From assembly GCA_964527925.1 (NCBI GenBank), contig CAZGQO010000001.1, forward strand, positions 491,312 through 555,311: 64,000 bases of DNA. Reading direction: 5' to 3'. Position 1 is the stretch's first letter. Each line of letters starts with the position of its first letter. Origin of the DNA: an uncultured Ignavibacteriaceae bacterium (lineage in GTDB: Bacteria > Bacteroidota > Ignavibacteria > Ch128b). The translations under genes were made by a program, and so were the position numbers. The notes under the pieces were generated by a model, which was not told the origin of the DNA, did no database searches, and was given only the letters and a program-made list of their open reading frames with translations. Positions 48,937 to 60,100 of the stretch are shown here, in pieces.

Positions 48937-51414
48937 CTATCCGAGTAAATACATTAAGTAATTAATTGAACTAAAATTAAATTGTAAATATAAAATATAT
49001 CCAGCAATTGAAATAAGTATAAAGAAAATCGCAAAAAGATATACTTTAGATTTTGATACATCAAAAACTATAGAAATTCCTTTTAAGAGTCTGGTAACGA
49101 CCCAGAAATGAAACACTAAAACTATCACATAAATCAACTCATGAAATTTTTCCATTGTAAAAACTTTATAAGAAACCATTCCAACAGGGATTAAAATTAA
49201 AAATGGAATCGCACTCCAAACTGTCAAAAGAAAAATTTGATTAATGAAAACTTTATTTCGAACAAAATAATTTGTCAGTTTTATAAATGATGTTAAAAAC
49301 AGAACCACGGCAAAATTAATTATAAATAAATAAAATATTGCCGAAACCGGTCTCCACGAAATGTGGCTGAAAAATTCAAAAACTAAATTTGAATTCAGCA
49401 ACGCAATAAATTTTTCAAATTCGATATTGGTTCTCCAGTAGTGCAAGAATGTCGAATAATTGAGTGCAAGGGCAAGTGCAATTACAATTGACAGAAGAAC
49501 TGAATGAAAAGAAGAAATAAACCAACCATCACGAATATCAGAAAAGAAATTATAAGTCTTAAGAATTGAACGCGAAACACTTTCTTTAAATCTATGAGTT
49601 GAATTAATAATTATAATTGACAATGCAAGAAATAATAATCCCGCAATAACAAAAATTATATTTGCCCTGTCTTCATACGATCCCTGCATAATTAATGGCA
49701 GTTTTGAATCTGTGAAATAACTTCGTACTGTATTGAAAGACAGCTTTCGTTTATCCCGATATTCATTCACAAGTCCATACTTGCACAATGTATTATCAAT
49801 TTTTCCAGCAAGGATTGAATTATAAGGCAATCGATAATCTGAAAGTGTGTGAACAAAAACTGAAATGTCACTCTCCATTAGATTCTTTAGTATATCAGAG
49901 AGATATTTAGCCTGTGCTTGTATTGAATGTGGATTTGAATAACCATCATTTGCATCAAAATCATGCTGATAACCAATTGAAGAAATTAAAATAAATTTTT
50001 GTTTTTCCAACTTTGAAATAAAATCTTGAACATTCTTTAGTGGCTTATGCAACAAGTTTATGGCAACAAAATCAAGTTCAGAATTTTCTACAAATTTTAA
50101 TTCATTTGTTTCTGCAAAGATTAAAAGATTAGAATTTTGATTTTTCAATCTATTGATTAGTGACTTTTGCAAGTCCGTCAGGTTCTCTTTCTTCAAAAAT
50201 CCAATGTTAATTCCTGCAAAACAACCAAAATTCGAGAATCTATTAAGCAGAAAAGATAGTTTCGATTCGAATTCTCTTGAAAGTCGAGGGCTGATATCAT
50301 CGGGATAAAATTTACTATCAACATCAACAAATACTAAAATTCCATTTTCATCACACAAACTGAGTAACTCTTCAGATGGCAAAGAATTCTTCAAAAAAAT
50401 TGCATTTGCATTCAAATCTTTAATCAGTTCAATATCTCTTGAATAATCTTGAAGAGGGAAGAAAGAATTTTTCTTTCCATTTGATTCAAAATATGTGACT
50501 CCTCTCAGAATAACTTGATTATTGTTTAATAATAATTTTGATCCAGAAATTTCCAATCGCTTGAAACTTACATTCGAAATACTCTCATCTATAATCTGAT
50601 TGTTTTCAAGCAATTTAAATTGAACTTCATAAATTAACGGATCATTCAAATCCCATAGCCCAGGATTTTTGATTGTTAGTGAATTTGTAAATTGATTTGA
50701 TGAAGAATTTAGAAAAACATCAAAAGTTTGTTCAGCGACTACAAATTGATTGTTTTTATTCTTAACTGCGACTTTTAATTGATAAACCTTTTCTTCACTT
50801 CGTTTGAAATTTTCTGATAAAGCAACTTCGAGTTTAAATTTTATTTGACCTTCACTTAAACTTGCATTTAATAAAGGATACAGATTTACATTTGTTATTG
50901 CAGTTTGTGGTAAAATTTCAAAGTAGATGTCTTTATAGATTCCAGCTTTTCGTTCTGGTAGTTCTAATTTGCTGATTAATGTATTCTGTTCTTTGATTAA
51001 AGATTTTTTTGAAAGAATAATTTTTATTGAATTAACAGAATTTTCTTTGACAATTAAGGAAGGTATTCTGAAGATAAATTGTTCAATTTCAACTGGGTCG
51101 AAAGGTATTCTTTCATCATTAAAATAAACTTCCAACAATCCTTTAATACCCTCAAAATGCAACAGATAAACATGACTTCCCGACTCAACATTCAGAGAAA
51201 AAGTTCTGTTTAAAATTACTTTTTCTTCCTCCAGCCAGAAGGGAACAGGGACTTTTTCTGAGGATTCATCTTTAATGTAGTTCCATCCATCATTTAATAA
51301 AATTATTTTTCTTGTCGAATCTATTTTTCCGCCATCAAAAATTGAGTATTGAAGTTTTTGACTATAAACAATTGATGATAAAATCAAGAAGAAGACAAAA
51401 ATATTCCGCTTCAA
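48937..51414 (-). CDS. Glycoside hydrolase family 2-like protein with C-terminal multi-pass membrane domain
   Basis: Signal peptide, LHFEG, GIYKDIY, PGLWDLNDPLIYEV, LLLNNNQVILRGV, LCDENGILVF (GH2 sugar-binding, Ig and TIM order). About six TM segments at the C-terminus. Confidence 0.72.
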   Translation of the reverse strand: MKRNIFVFFLILSSIVYSQKLQYSIFDGGKIDSTRKIILLNDGWNYIKDESSEKVPVPFWLEEEKVILNRTFSLNVESGSHVYLLHFEGIKGLLEVYFNDERIPFDPVEIEQFIFRIPSLIVKENSVNSIKIILSKKSLIKEQNTLISKLELPERKAGIYKDIYFEILPQTAITNVNLYPLLNASLSEGQIKFKLEVALSENFKRSEEKVYQLKVAVKNKNNQFVVAEQTFDVFLNSSSNQFTNSLTIKNPGLWDLNDPLIYEVQFKLLENNQIIDESISNVSFKRLEISGSKLLLNNNQVILRGVTYFESNGKKNSFFPLQDYSRDIELIKDLNANAIFLKNSLPSEELLSLCDENGILVFVDVDSKFYPDDISPRLSREFESKLSFLLNRFSNFGCFAGINIGFLKKENLTDLQKSLINRLKNQNSNLLIFAETNELKFVENSELDFVAINLLHKPLKNVQDFISKLEKQKFILISSIGYQHDFDANDGYSNPHSIQAQAKYLSDILKNLMESDISVFVHTLSDYRLPYNSILAGKIDNTLCKYGLVNEYRDKRKLSFNTVRSYFTDSKLPLIMQGSYEDRANIIFVIAGLLFLALSIIIINSTHRFKESVSRSILKTYNFFSDIRDGWFISSFHSVLLSIVIALALALNYSTFLHYWRTNIEFEKFIALLNSNLVFEFFSHISWRPVSAIFYLFIINFAVVLFLTSFIKLTNYFVRNKVFINQIFLLTVWSAIPFLILIPVGMVSYKVFTMEKFHELIYVIVLVFHFWVVTRLLKGISIVFDVSKSKVYLFAIFFILISIAGYILYLQFNFSSINYLMYLLG

Positions 51415-51493
51415 TTCAAAATTCCTCTAAAGTTAATTATCACACAAATATAATTTTAAATGAATGTTTATACAATTGGATTATAGCCTGCAA

Positions 51494-52261
51494 TTAAAAT
51501 TGTGCAGCAATAATGATTTGATAAAACGAATCTACTTTAAGACAAGCACCGCCAATTAATCCGCCATCGATATCAGGTTGTTTGAATAAATCTCTTGCAT
51601 TCTCTGGTTTAACACTTCCTCCATAAAGTATTCTAACATTATTCGCAGCTTCACTATCATAAAGTTCAGATATTTTTTTTCTCAAGAAGGCATGAACTTC
51701 CTGAGCTTGTTCAGGTGTCGCCGTTCTGCCTGTTCCAATTGCCCAAACTGGTTCGTAGGCAATTACTATCTTCTCAAGATCAATTCGTGAAACTCCATTT
51801 AAGCCCTTAATAAGTTGTTCCTCAACCACAGAAAATGTTTTACCTTCTTCTCTTTCTGAAAGCGTTTCACCAAGGCAAAAAATTGGTTTAAGAGAAAACT
51901 CAATTGATCTAAGAATTTTTTGATTGATGAATTCGTTTGATTCTTTGAAATATGTTCGTCTTTCTGAATGACCAAGAATTACATATTCAACACCGAAAGA
52001 TTTTAACATCTTTGCTGAAACTTCACCTGTAAAAGCACCTTCAATTTCTGTGTGCATGTTTTGAGCACCAAGTTTAATTTTTGTCCCTTTAATTAATTCA
52101 CCAGCAATTTCAATCGATGTGAATGGTGGACAAATAGCAACTTCAACATCCTGATGATTGGAATTATTATTTAATTTTTCTTTCAATTGAGAGATTAACT
52201 CAACTGTTTCTGATTTGTCTTTATACATTTTCCAGTTGCCAGCAACTAATTTCTTTTTCAT
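51494..52261 (-). CDS. tpiA: Triosephosphate isomerase
   Basis: AGNWKM, GAFTGEVS, ILGHSERR, IAYEPVWAIGTG, LYGGSV, GLIGGA. Confidence 0.97.
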   Translation of the reverse strand: MKKKLVAGNWKMYKDKSETVELISQLKEKLNNNSNHQDVEVAICPPFTSIEIAGELIKGTKIKLGAQNMHTEIEGAFTGEVSAKMLKSFGVEYVILGHSERRTYFKESNEFINQKILRSIEFSLKPIFCLGETLSEREEGKTFSVVEEQLIKGLNGVSRIDLEKIVIAYEPVWAIGTGRTATPEQAQEVHAFLRKKISELYDSEAANNVRILYGGSVKPENARDLFKQPDIDGGLIGGACLKVDSFYQIIIAAQF

Positions 52262-52344
52262 TTTATCTCCTTTCTGGGAATATTTTCAATAAAAATTTTT
52301 GTAAAATTACGAAACAAGAAAACGCTTACAAAAAAGGAATTATC

Positions 52345-52992
52345 ATGAAAAATTATGACGGAATTATATCACTTTTAATTTTTTGTATAGAATTACTCTT
52401 GTTAATCAATGTCCGGATTTTTTCAAAAAATAAATTTAAAAATTTCATATTGGTTATTCTTTCCCTGCTTGCAGCTTACCAGTTATTCGAATTCTTAATT
52501 TGTGGTTTGAATTTTTATGATAAAATTGTTGTCTATTTAGCTTTTGTAATTATATCTTATCTTCCACCAACAGGATTATTACTTGTCCTCAAAATAAATA
52601 ATCTAAAAATCAAACATTCGGGATTGATTTTCTCACCAGCTATATTTTTTACACTTTTTTACTTTTTTTCACAGAATCAATTTGTTGTAAAAAAATGCAC
52701 GGTTTTATATGCTTCCTATCACTATCCACTAGGATTCTTATATGGACTCTTTTATTACTTACCAATGCTAATTGCTGTTATTGTATTGATTCGAAATTTC
52801 TTGAAGTCGAAAAGTCAATCAAATAAAAGAGAGAATTTGATTTTATTGATTGGGTATCTTGCCTTCACAATACCAATGGGAATTGCACTGTTGATTTATC
52901 CTGAATTTATAAATGCAATAGAAAGCTTACTCTGTAAATTTGCACTTATTTTCGCTATTGTAATTTCCTACTTTGCACTATCTTTTAGATAA
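52345..52992 (+). CDS. Hypothetical ~7-TM membrane protein
   Basis: 215 aa, almost entirely hydrophobic segments. Stop overlaps the next start (TAATG). Confidence 0.65.
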   Translation: MKNYDGIISLLIFCIELLLLINVRIFSKNKFKNFILVILSLLAAYQLFEFLICGLNFYDKIVVYLAFVIISYLPPTGLLLVLKINNLKIKHSGLIFSPAIFFTLFYFFSQNQFVVKKCTVLYASYHYPLGFLYGLFYYLPMLIAVIVLIRNFLKSKSQSNKRENLILLIGYLAFTIPMGIALLIYPEFINAIESLLCKFALIFAIVISYFALSFR

Positions 52993-53798
52993 TGAAGGAG
53001 GCATCAATGCAAATTCAAAATGAGTTTTGCTCTTTGTTTGTTGAAGTTAAGGGCGAAGGTAGTCCTATTATTTTCATTCATGGTTTTCCACTAACTCACG
53101 AAATGTGGAAACCACAAATTGAATTCCTGAGTCAAAATGGATTCAAAGTTATCACTCCAGATTTGAGAGGATTTGGTAATTCACTTGTTGAAATATCAGA
53201 ATGGAAATTAGATGATTTTGCCAATGATATAATTTGCATTGCAGATCATTTTAATATTGGAAAATTCAATATTGCAGGAATGAGCATGGGAGGTTACATT
53301 ACTTTCAATTTGATAGAACGATTTCCTGATAGAATTAATTCCGTAATATTGATTGCAACGAAAGCTCAAGCAGATGACGAAAAAGGAAAAGCAAGAAGAA
53401 ACGAATTGATTGAACTTGCTAAATCGAAAGGAAAGAGTTCCGTAATTGAGGAATTCAAAAAAATACTTTTTGCACCTATAACATGGGAAACAAAATTAGA
53501 TTTGATTTCCAAAGTTTCGGTAATAATGGAGAGAGCAAGTTTAAATGGAATAATTGGTTCACTTGGTGCAATGAGGGATAGAAAAGATTATGTCGATTTA
53601 CTATCCAGGATTGATTTTCCGGTTTTAATTATTCACGGTAAAAGTGATCTTGCAAGCCCTATTGGTAACGCTACATTAATGGCTGAAAAAATTCCCAATG
53701 CAAAGTCATACTTTTCTGAAATTGCTGGACATATGGTTAATCTTGAAGATTCTGAGAATGTTAATTCTGCCATTCTTAATTTTCTGAAAAACCAGTGA
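52992..53798 (+). CDS. Alpha/beta-fold hydrolase
   Basis: FIHGFP, PDLRGFG, nucleophile GMSMGG, HGKSD, GHMVNLE (Ser-Asp-His triad). Confidence 0.9.
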   Translation: MKEASMQIQNEFCSLFVEVKGEGSPIIFIHGFPLTHEMWKPQIEFLSQNGFKVITPDLRGFGNSLVEISEWKLDDFANDIICIADHFNIGKFNIAGMSMGGYITFNLIERFPDRINSVILIATKAQADDEKGKARRNELIELAKSKGKSSVIEEFKKILFAPITWETKLDLISKVSVIMERASLNGIIGSLGAMRDRKDYVDLLSRIDFPVLIIHGKSDLASPIGNATLMAEKIPNAKSYFSEIAGHMVNLEDSENVNSAILNFLKNQ

Positions 53799-53888
53799 AA
53801 TTGTTTGTATTTTGAAATCCAGGGGTAGATTACTTTATTCGCAAGTTATTTAAAATTTGAAATAGTGAATTGGTGAATCGTCTTTCTT

Positions 53889-54095
53889 GGAGATTCTTCA
53901 CTTCACTTCGTTTCGTTCAGAATGACATTACATGTGTTTGTCATCCTGAGGGAGTAAAACGACAGAAAGATCTTTTTCTGTTATGCGGTGTGAAACGAAG
54001 CATCTCAAGTTTCTCCATTCCACTTATGCTTTATTCAGAATGACAGAAGTATGTCATCTTGAAAAAAACAAAATAAACGAATTAAAACAAATCTT
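53889..54095. repeat. REP/REPIN-like cluster: two degenerate inverted pairs
   Basis: A 53889-53927 GGAGATTCTTCAC...TTCAGAATGACA; B 53939-53973 TGTCATCCTGAG...GAAAGATCT; C ~54009-54045 ...TTCAGAATGACA; D from 54052 TGTCATCTTGAA...AAATCT. A and C are the reverse complement of the B/D pattern TGTCATyCTGA...ATCT. Confidence 0.72.
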
Positions 54096-54130
54096 TCTGA
54101 TGAGAAAAACATCTCAATCAAATCAAAAAC

Positions 54131-56365
54131 TCATTTAATTTTTGACTCAAAAACACCATTCCAATTTTCATCGGGGGGATTGTTCAAAAACTCAAAGCAT
54201 CGATCAATAAAAACTCGACTGGGGATATCATCGGGATTTATCAAAAGCAACCTTTCAAATTCTTCAATTGATCTTGAAAACATTCTTTCACGGTAAAATT
54301 TCAAACCAGATTCAAATCTGTTTATTAAATCTTTAATATCACCTATTTCATCATTTCTAATTAATAAAGAGTTTTCACTTAAATCAAGTAGTTCATAAAT
54401 TTTTACTGGAACAGTTTTTCCCTTAACAATAATTAAATCAATCTCACGAGCAAGAATTTTATCTTTAATTGAATTGTAGACTGACTCGCTGATTATTATA
54501 TCAGTTCCATAAATTTTATTTATCGATTCAAGTCGTGATGCAAGATTTACATTATCTCCCATAACAGTATAATCAAATTTTTTCTTTCCACCCATATTAC
54601 CAACAATCATATCACCAGAGTTAATTCCAATTCTAATTTTAAAATCCTGACCAATAATTGATTTCCATACAGACTTAAGTTCATTTACTTTTTTCTTCAT
54701 TCTTAAGGCGCAATTAACGGCATTAAATTGATGCTGAGGATCATCAAGAGGTGCATTCCAGAAAGCCATAATTGCATCGCCTTCAAATTTATCAAGAGTG
54801 CCTTTAGTCTCGAAAATTATTTCCGTCATTTCATCAAAATAATGATTTAAAAGATCAACCAGAGTTTCTGGTCCAATTCTTTCAGAGATTGTTGTGAAAT
54901 TTGCAAGATCTGAAAAAAGTACCGTCATTTCTTTTCTTATTCCACCAAGCTTTAACTTCTCAGGATTTTCTACCAATTCATTTACAAGCTGTGGGTTCAA
55001 ATATTGACTGAACATTCCTTTGATTAACAATTTTTGTTTTCTTTCTTTTAAATAGTTTGCCACAGCACTTGCACTATAGGCAACAACAACTCCTATCGCT
55101 GGTGGAATAAATGAACGAATTAAATTTAGTTCTACAAAAAGATAATAATACACTTCAAAAACAGAGAAAAGAAGAAAAATTAAAATAAAGAAATTAATCA
55201 ACTCACCATACAGAGTAACCTTGAATCGAATCGCTCTAATTTTTTCGAAAATGTTTAGACTGATTAAAATGATTGCAAAGACAATAAAAAATCTCACAGT
55301 CAAACTTCCGCGTCTTAGAAAATTTCTATCTAATATTATTTGAACGACATTAGCGTGAACCTCAACTCCATACATCAAATTTCCTGCGATTGATTCTGTC
55401 TTTTCAGGAGAGATGCTGACAGGGAATAAATCTTTATCTTCCGGCTCAATTGAACCGATCAAAACGACTTTATTTCTAAAAATATCAGTATACAATAAAC
55501 CCATTAGGGAGTCATCAAAAGTATTTATCTCCTCACCAGTTTCAAGCTCTGTGAGAGTTTGAAATTCAGAATCATCAATTACATCTATAAAATTAATCTT
55601 TTTGAAAGTACCAGAAGGTCCATAATAGTTGATTAAAAATGAATTCGAAATAAATTCAGGTATTTTAAAAATTTCATAATTAAAAAAGTTATCCACTTTT
55701 TCCGGAAGGAAAAAATTATCTAACTCATAAAATCGATTAACAACCGCTAAAGAGAAACTTGGAATTGATCTCTTGAGCTTAGAATCGTAATAATATGGAA
55801 AGTATCTCCTCAAAACTCCATCATCGTCTGGCAGGACATTTACAATGCCTATTGAAGAATCAACATCAAAATAAACATTGCCAAAATTTTGATTTCGAAC
55901 ATTTTCTGCCTGAAATCGCCAATCCAATTCTTCCAATTTCCCCGCGAGAATTACATTTTGATATTTCTTAATTGAGTTGATTAATAAACTATCATTTGTC
56001 TTTGAATATTTATCGTACTCAGTAAAGAGTAGATCAATTCCAATTACTTTCGCGCCAGCATGATTTAAATTTTCGATTGCACGGGCAAATAAGTTTCGAG
56101 CAATGGGCCAGGAATTGTATGGTGGTGGTAACTCATTGATTGTTTCGTTTGAAATTCCAACTATAACCACATCGAGTGAATCAGTATGTTGGATTATACC
56201 ACGTCTGTTAAAATTCAAATCAATAATTTTGTTTTCGAGAGAGACTAACGGATTGAATTTAATTATTTCAGGAGAAGCAAAAACAAAAACCAGTATTCCC
56301 AGAATTAATGAAACAATGATGTGATATCTATCCCAGCTAAAATATTTTTGAATTGTACTAAACAT
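54131..56365 (-). CDS. CHASE2-domain class III adenylate cyclase
   Basis: CHASE2 region (VVIVGISNETI, AKVIGIDLLF, DDDGVLRR, GVEVHANVV), three TM segments, cyclase motifs FSDLANFT, DKFEGDAIMA, DYTVMGDNVNLASRLE. K and D/T residues point to ATP specificity. Confidence 0.9.
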   Translation of the reverse strand: MFSTIQKYFSWDRYHIIVSLILGILVFVFASPEIIKFNPLVSLENKIIDLNFNRRGIIQHTDSLDVVIVGISNETINELPPPYNSWPIARNLFARAIENLNHAGAKVIGIDLLFTEYDKYSKTNDSLLINSIKKYQNVILAGKLEELDWRFQAENVRNQNFGNVYFDVDSSIGIVNVLPDDDGVLRRYFPYYYDSKLKRSIPSFSLAVVNRFYELDNFFLPEKVDNFFNYEIFKIPEFISNSFLINYYGPSGTFKKINFIDVIDDSEFQTLTELETGEEINTFDDSLMGLLYTDIFRNKVVLIGSIEPEDKDLFPVSISPEKTESIAGNLMYGVEVHANVVQIILDRNFLRRGSLTVRFFIVFAIILISLNIFEKIRAIRFKVTLYGELINFFILIFLLFSVFEVYYYLFVELNLIRSFIPPAIGVVVAYSASAVANYLKERKQKLLIKGMFSQYLNPQLVNELVENPEKLKLGGIRKEMTVLFSDLANFTTISERIGPETLVDLLNHYFDEMTEIIFETKGTLDKFEGDAIMAFWNAPLDDPQHQFNAVNCALRMKKKVNELKSVWKSIIGQDFKIRIGINSGDMIVGNMGGKKKFDYTVMGDNVNLASRLESINKIYGTDIIISESVYNSIKDKILAREIDLIIVKGKTVPVKIYELLDLSENSLLIRNDEIGDIKDLINRFESGLKFYRERMFSRSIEEFERLLLINPDDIPSRVFIDRCFEFLNNPPDENWNGVFESKIK

Positions 56366-56746
56366 AATGTTTCATCTCTACTTCAAATTAAAAAATAATT
56401 TAGATTGATTCGAGTAAATTAATTGTTGGTTCAAATTATTGTTTTTCCAATTTGCTCTATGCTTTTATAAATAATTTATTTAGGTCTTAAGAATGTTGCA
56501 TCGTAAATATTGAACTATCTGGTAAAATGAAATAACAGGTTAGAGGTATTGCAAGCGTTAACAAGTAAGTGTAAATATTTTTCATTTTACTTTATGTTTA
56601 TGATTTACCAAGAATAGTTTCTTTCTATAAAATGAAAGTCAATAATTTAATCCAAACTTGTAAACTTTTATTGATTAAATAAATATGTTTTTGAAACTAA
56701 ATCTTGTAATTTGCATCAAATTCAAAAAACAAGAGAAAGGAAAATT

Positions 56747-57115
56747 ATGTTAGAACATTTAACTAAAGAAACTTTTTTAGAGAAAGTCTTTGATTACGAG
56801 AAAAAACAGGAATGGGAATATCAGGGTGAATTGCCAGCGATAATTGATTTCTATGCTGATTGGTGTCAACCCTGTAAAATTGTTGCACCCATTCTTGAAG
56901 AGCTTGCTGAAGAATACAAAGACAAAATCGTTATCTATAAAGTTGATACTGAAGAAGAACAAGAGCTGGCAGCCGTATTTGGAATCAGAAGCATTCCATC
57001 TTTATTATTCATTCCGTTGAATGATAAACCGCAAATGGCTGTTGGTGCTCTTCCAAAAGATGCTTTCAAGGAAATCATTGAAGATATTCTTTTGAAGAAA
57101 AATAGTGTCAATTAA
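56747..57115 (+). CDS. trxA: Thioredoxin
   Basis: IIDFYADWCQPCK, IRSIPSL. The ORF track starts at TTG 56711, but ATG 56747 follows an AAAGGA RBS. Confidence 0.9.
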   Translation: MLEHLTKETFLEKVFDYEKKQEWEYQGELPAIIDFYADWCQPCKIVAPILEELAEEYKDKIVIYKVDTEEEQELAAVFGIRSIPSLLFIPLNDKPQMAVGALPKDAFKEIIEDILLKKNSVN

Positions 57116-57144
57116 TTCTTGTAAGAATTAAACAACCCTCTGAA

Positions 57145-60100
57145 TTAAATTGTAAGGTTAATATTAATTCCTGCTTCGTTAGTTGTTGTAGGTGGAATCT
57201 TTGAGGCTCCCTCAGGTTCCACCTGCGTTCTTCTATAATAAATTGCAATTGTAAATCTCGAGCTTATCACATATCGTATTCTTGATTCAATTGTTGTTCG
57301 TATAGTTCCATCCTGCGGGATTCCTTCTTCCTTGAAATTAAGCATATCATATAAAACAGTTGAGTTTTTCATTTGAGTATATGAAAGAGAAATGTTTAAA
57401 TCATTTTTAAGTGAAATTCCAAGGAAAGGAAATTCAAAACCACTCCTTGTATAGTTTACAGCAAAAGTAATATCTCTTGAAAAAGTCTTTGTTATATTTT
57501 TTGACTGCACACCCATATCATAACTAACTGTTGAACCAATCTTAAATTGTCCACCAAGATTACCGCCGCCCCAAGGTTTAAAAGTTAAATTCATTCCGAT
57601 TAAGGGTTGAAAACCGTATGTAATTTTCTGAGATTGAGTTTCTTCTATTCCATCAGGATTTAATCGCCATGAACGTGCAAACGATGATTGATAAGAATGC
57701 TGTAATGAAACTCTCGTTGCGAAAGAACTAAATATGGAATACTTCTCAAGCCCATCCCAGCTGATACTCCAGTTTGGTCTTGGAATATATTTACCAAACT
57801 TTTTCAGAATTGGAAGCTTCCCGAGAATGGGAAATGTTTCGAATCCTTCAATAAAAGCGTTGGCAAGATTTTCTTTTGGATTTGGATCGTTTGGATTATA
57901 AAGTTCATTTACTTTCTTGATATCATTTTTAAAGAAGCTAAAAATCAAAAACGGCGGGAGAGTTAAGAAAGAACGATCAACAGTTCCTGAAGCTGTCATA
58001 TTGGTTACTTTTACATTTCCAAGCGAATCTGTTTGAATTGCTGTTGTTCTGTTGAAGCTCCAATTTATTTTCCATGATAAATCAATTCGAGCTCCTTCCC
58101 ACAATGGGCGAGATGTTCTTAAATCAATTGAATTGTTCTGAGTTATTTGATCACTTAAGTTTCCATTTCTTGCACGACGACCAGGATTATAACTCAAACC
58201 CAATTGGTACAATCGAGGCGGACCGTTTTCATCTTTATTGGGAATGAAGAAATTCCAGAAATTAGTAATTCCACTATTTCTTCCGGCAAGCCCATTGTTC
58301 ATCGAAGAATTTCTTTGCGAGAAGTTTATGTTAATATTATCATAATCAAAAAGAATCCATTTCACTCCCGATTTAATTGCAGAGAACAAGACCTTGATTG
58401 AAGATGGTTTTGTTGTCTGCGAAGTCGTGTCTTTCGTTTGAGTTTGCTGCTGAATCATTCCGGGATACTCTGAAGGTTTTGCATCATCGGGAATATCTCT
58501 AATTCGTGTACGACTTCTCGGATCAACAGATGGGGTTTTTGTAGGAGCTGTACTTTCTTTGAACAAAGGATCCCAGATTTGCTTCCATCTTATCGAAAGA
58601 CCTGTTGTAATGTTATTTGCGAAACTTGCTGCTCTGCCTAATTCAGGTTGCTGGAAATTATTCTGCCATCTGTAATCAACTGAATATGAAAGTTGAAGAG
58701 TTATGAAATTATTCAGATTAAAGAATGAAGGCAGTCGTGGTTGTGTTCTAATTTCAAATCTTTGATTGAAGGAATAATCTCTTCCAAACAATTCTCTTCC
58801 GAAAATATCTCTAAAAATTTCTCTATCACTTCTTTGATACTCAACTACTGAATCTCTCCCTGATGATGTTCTGATTGTATCTACAATAGTTTCAAGGTGA
58901 GCGTAGCTGCTGCCGAAATCAAAAGAATAATTAAGGGATGGATTAAGGAAGCCACCTTCGGTCAATCGCCAGCCAAGTTGAAATCCTCTTGTTAATCTGA
59001 AATCTCTCTGAATATTAGGTCGGTTTGTCGTTCGGTAAATACTTGTACTTCTGTTTCTGCTTACATTTAAATTCATTCCAATATTTGAAGGAGAATAATA
59101 AATCCTGTAATTCTTCAGGTCAGAAATAATTTCAAACAAATCTCCCATAACAGGTACATTTGTCATTTGAATGAAGTTACCTGGCGAGAACATCAACGAA
59201 TACTGAGTTACAAAATTCCACTGCCAGTCTTTCTGTGATTCAAGTTGCGGATTCCTTGCAAATCTTCGATTGAAATTAAAACCAAATCCGAGATTATTCC
59301 AGAAATGTTTAGCGAGAAAGAAATCCGATGGAATTACCAATTTGATTGATGACAATGACCAGCTTTCATTTTGAGAAAATGATTGTGCACTAATTCGAAG
59401 ATCATCAGCAACTTTACGAGCAGTTTGTTCATCGTAACCTTTTTCAAGAAGTCTGGAATAAGTTTGTTCGACTGCTTCATCAACTACAATATCTGTATTT
59501 GGAAGATAAAGAGGTTTATCGATTTGTTCGTTTCGAGAATAATTCAGAGTTAATGCGCTGCCTTTCATAGAAGATGGTAAAAATTTTGTAAAATCAATTG
59601 AACCGGAAAATCCCCAGTTTGTTCTTAAAACTCTATCACCAAAACGGCTTTCGAGAGTATGGAAGAATGGATTTCGTTTGCTGTAATTAAAATTCAATCG
59701 AATAAAATCTCCAAAGTTTAATGCAAAGCTTGTATTGTAAGCCCATCCTTCTCTATCATCTGCACCAATTAATCTCAATTCGTTAACCCATAACTCGCCA
59801 CTAAGAGTTTGAGTTGTATCTAATGGATTTGAAACTCTATCATGAATCACACCAATTATAAACATCTGTACTGTTGTCAAACTTGGATTGCCTTTGATAC
59901 TGTAAAAGGCACCATCGGGTGCACCTTTAACTGGAATCTTAATTATTTGTGTAACAGAATCTCTTTTTTGTTTGATAGCAGTTAAGTCTGAAAATTTAAT
60001 TGAGATATTATTCCAATCTTCTCTGATAGGTTCACGATATTCGTAAAAGTTGTTTGAGTCAACTCCAAACCGAACAACAATATCTCCATTCGTAAGATCT

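Noticed and set aside
53889-54095. CRISPR array
   Set aside because: The units alternate in orientation, are degenerate and have 6-35 nt irregular gaps. No cas genes.
54131-56365. Cyclase as a Pycsar/CBASS-type defence enzyme
   Set aside because: It has the standard CHASE2-TM-class III sensor architecture with adenine-specifying residues and no adjacent effector.
57112-57131. Hairpin between convergent trxA and sprA
   Set aside because: The 8-bp stem is almost all A/T and too weak to call a terminator.
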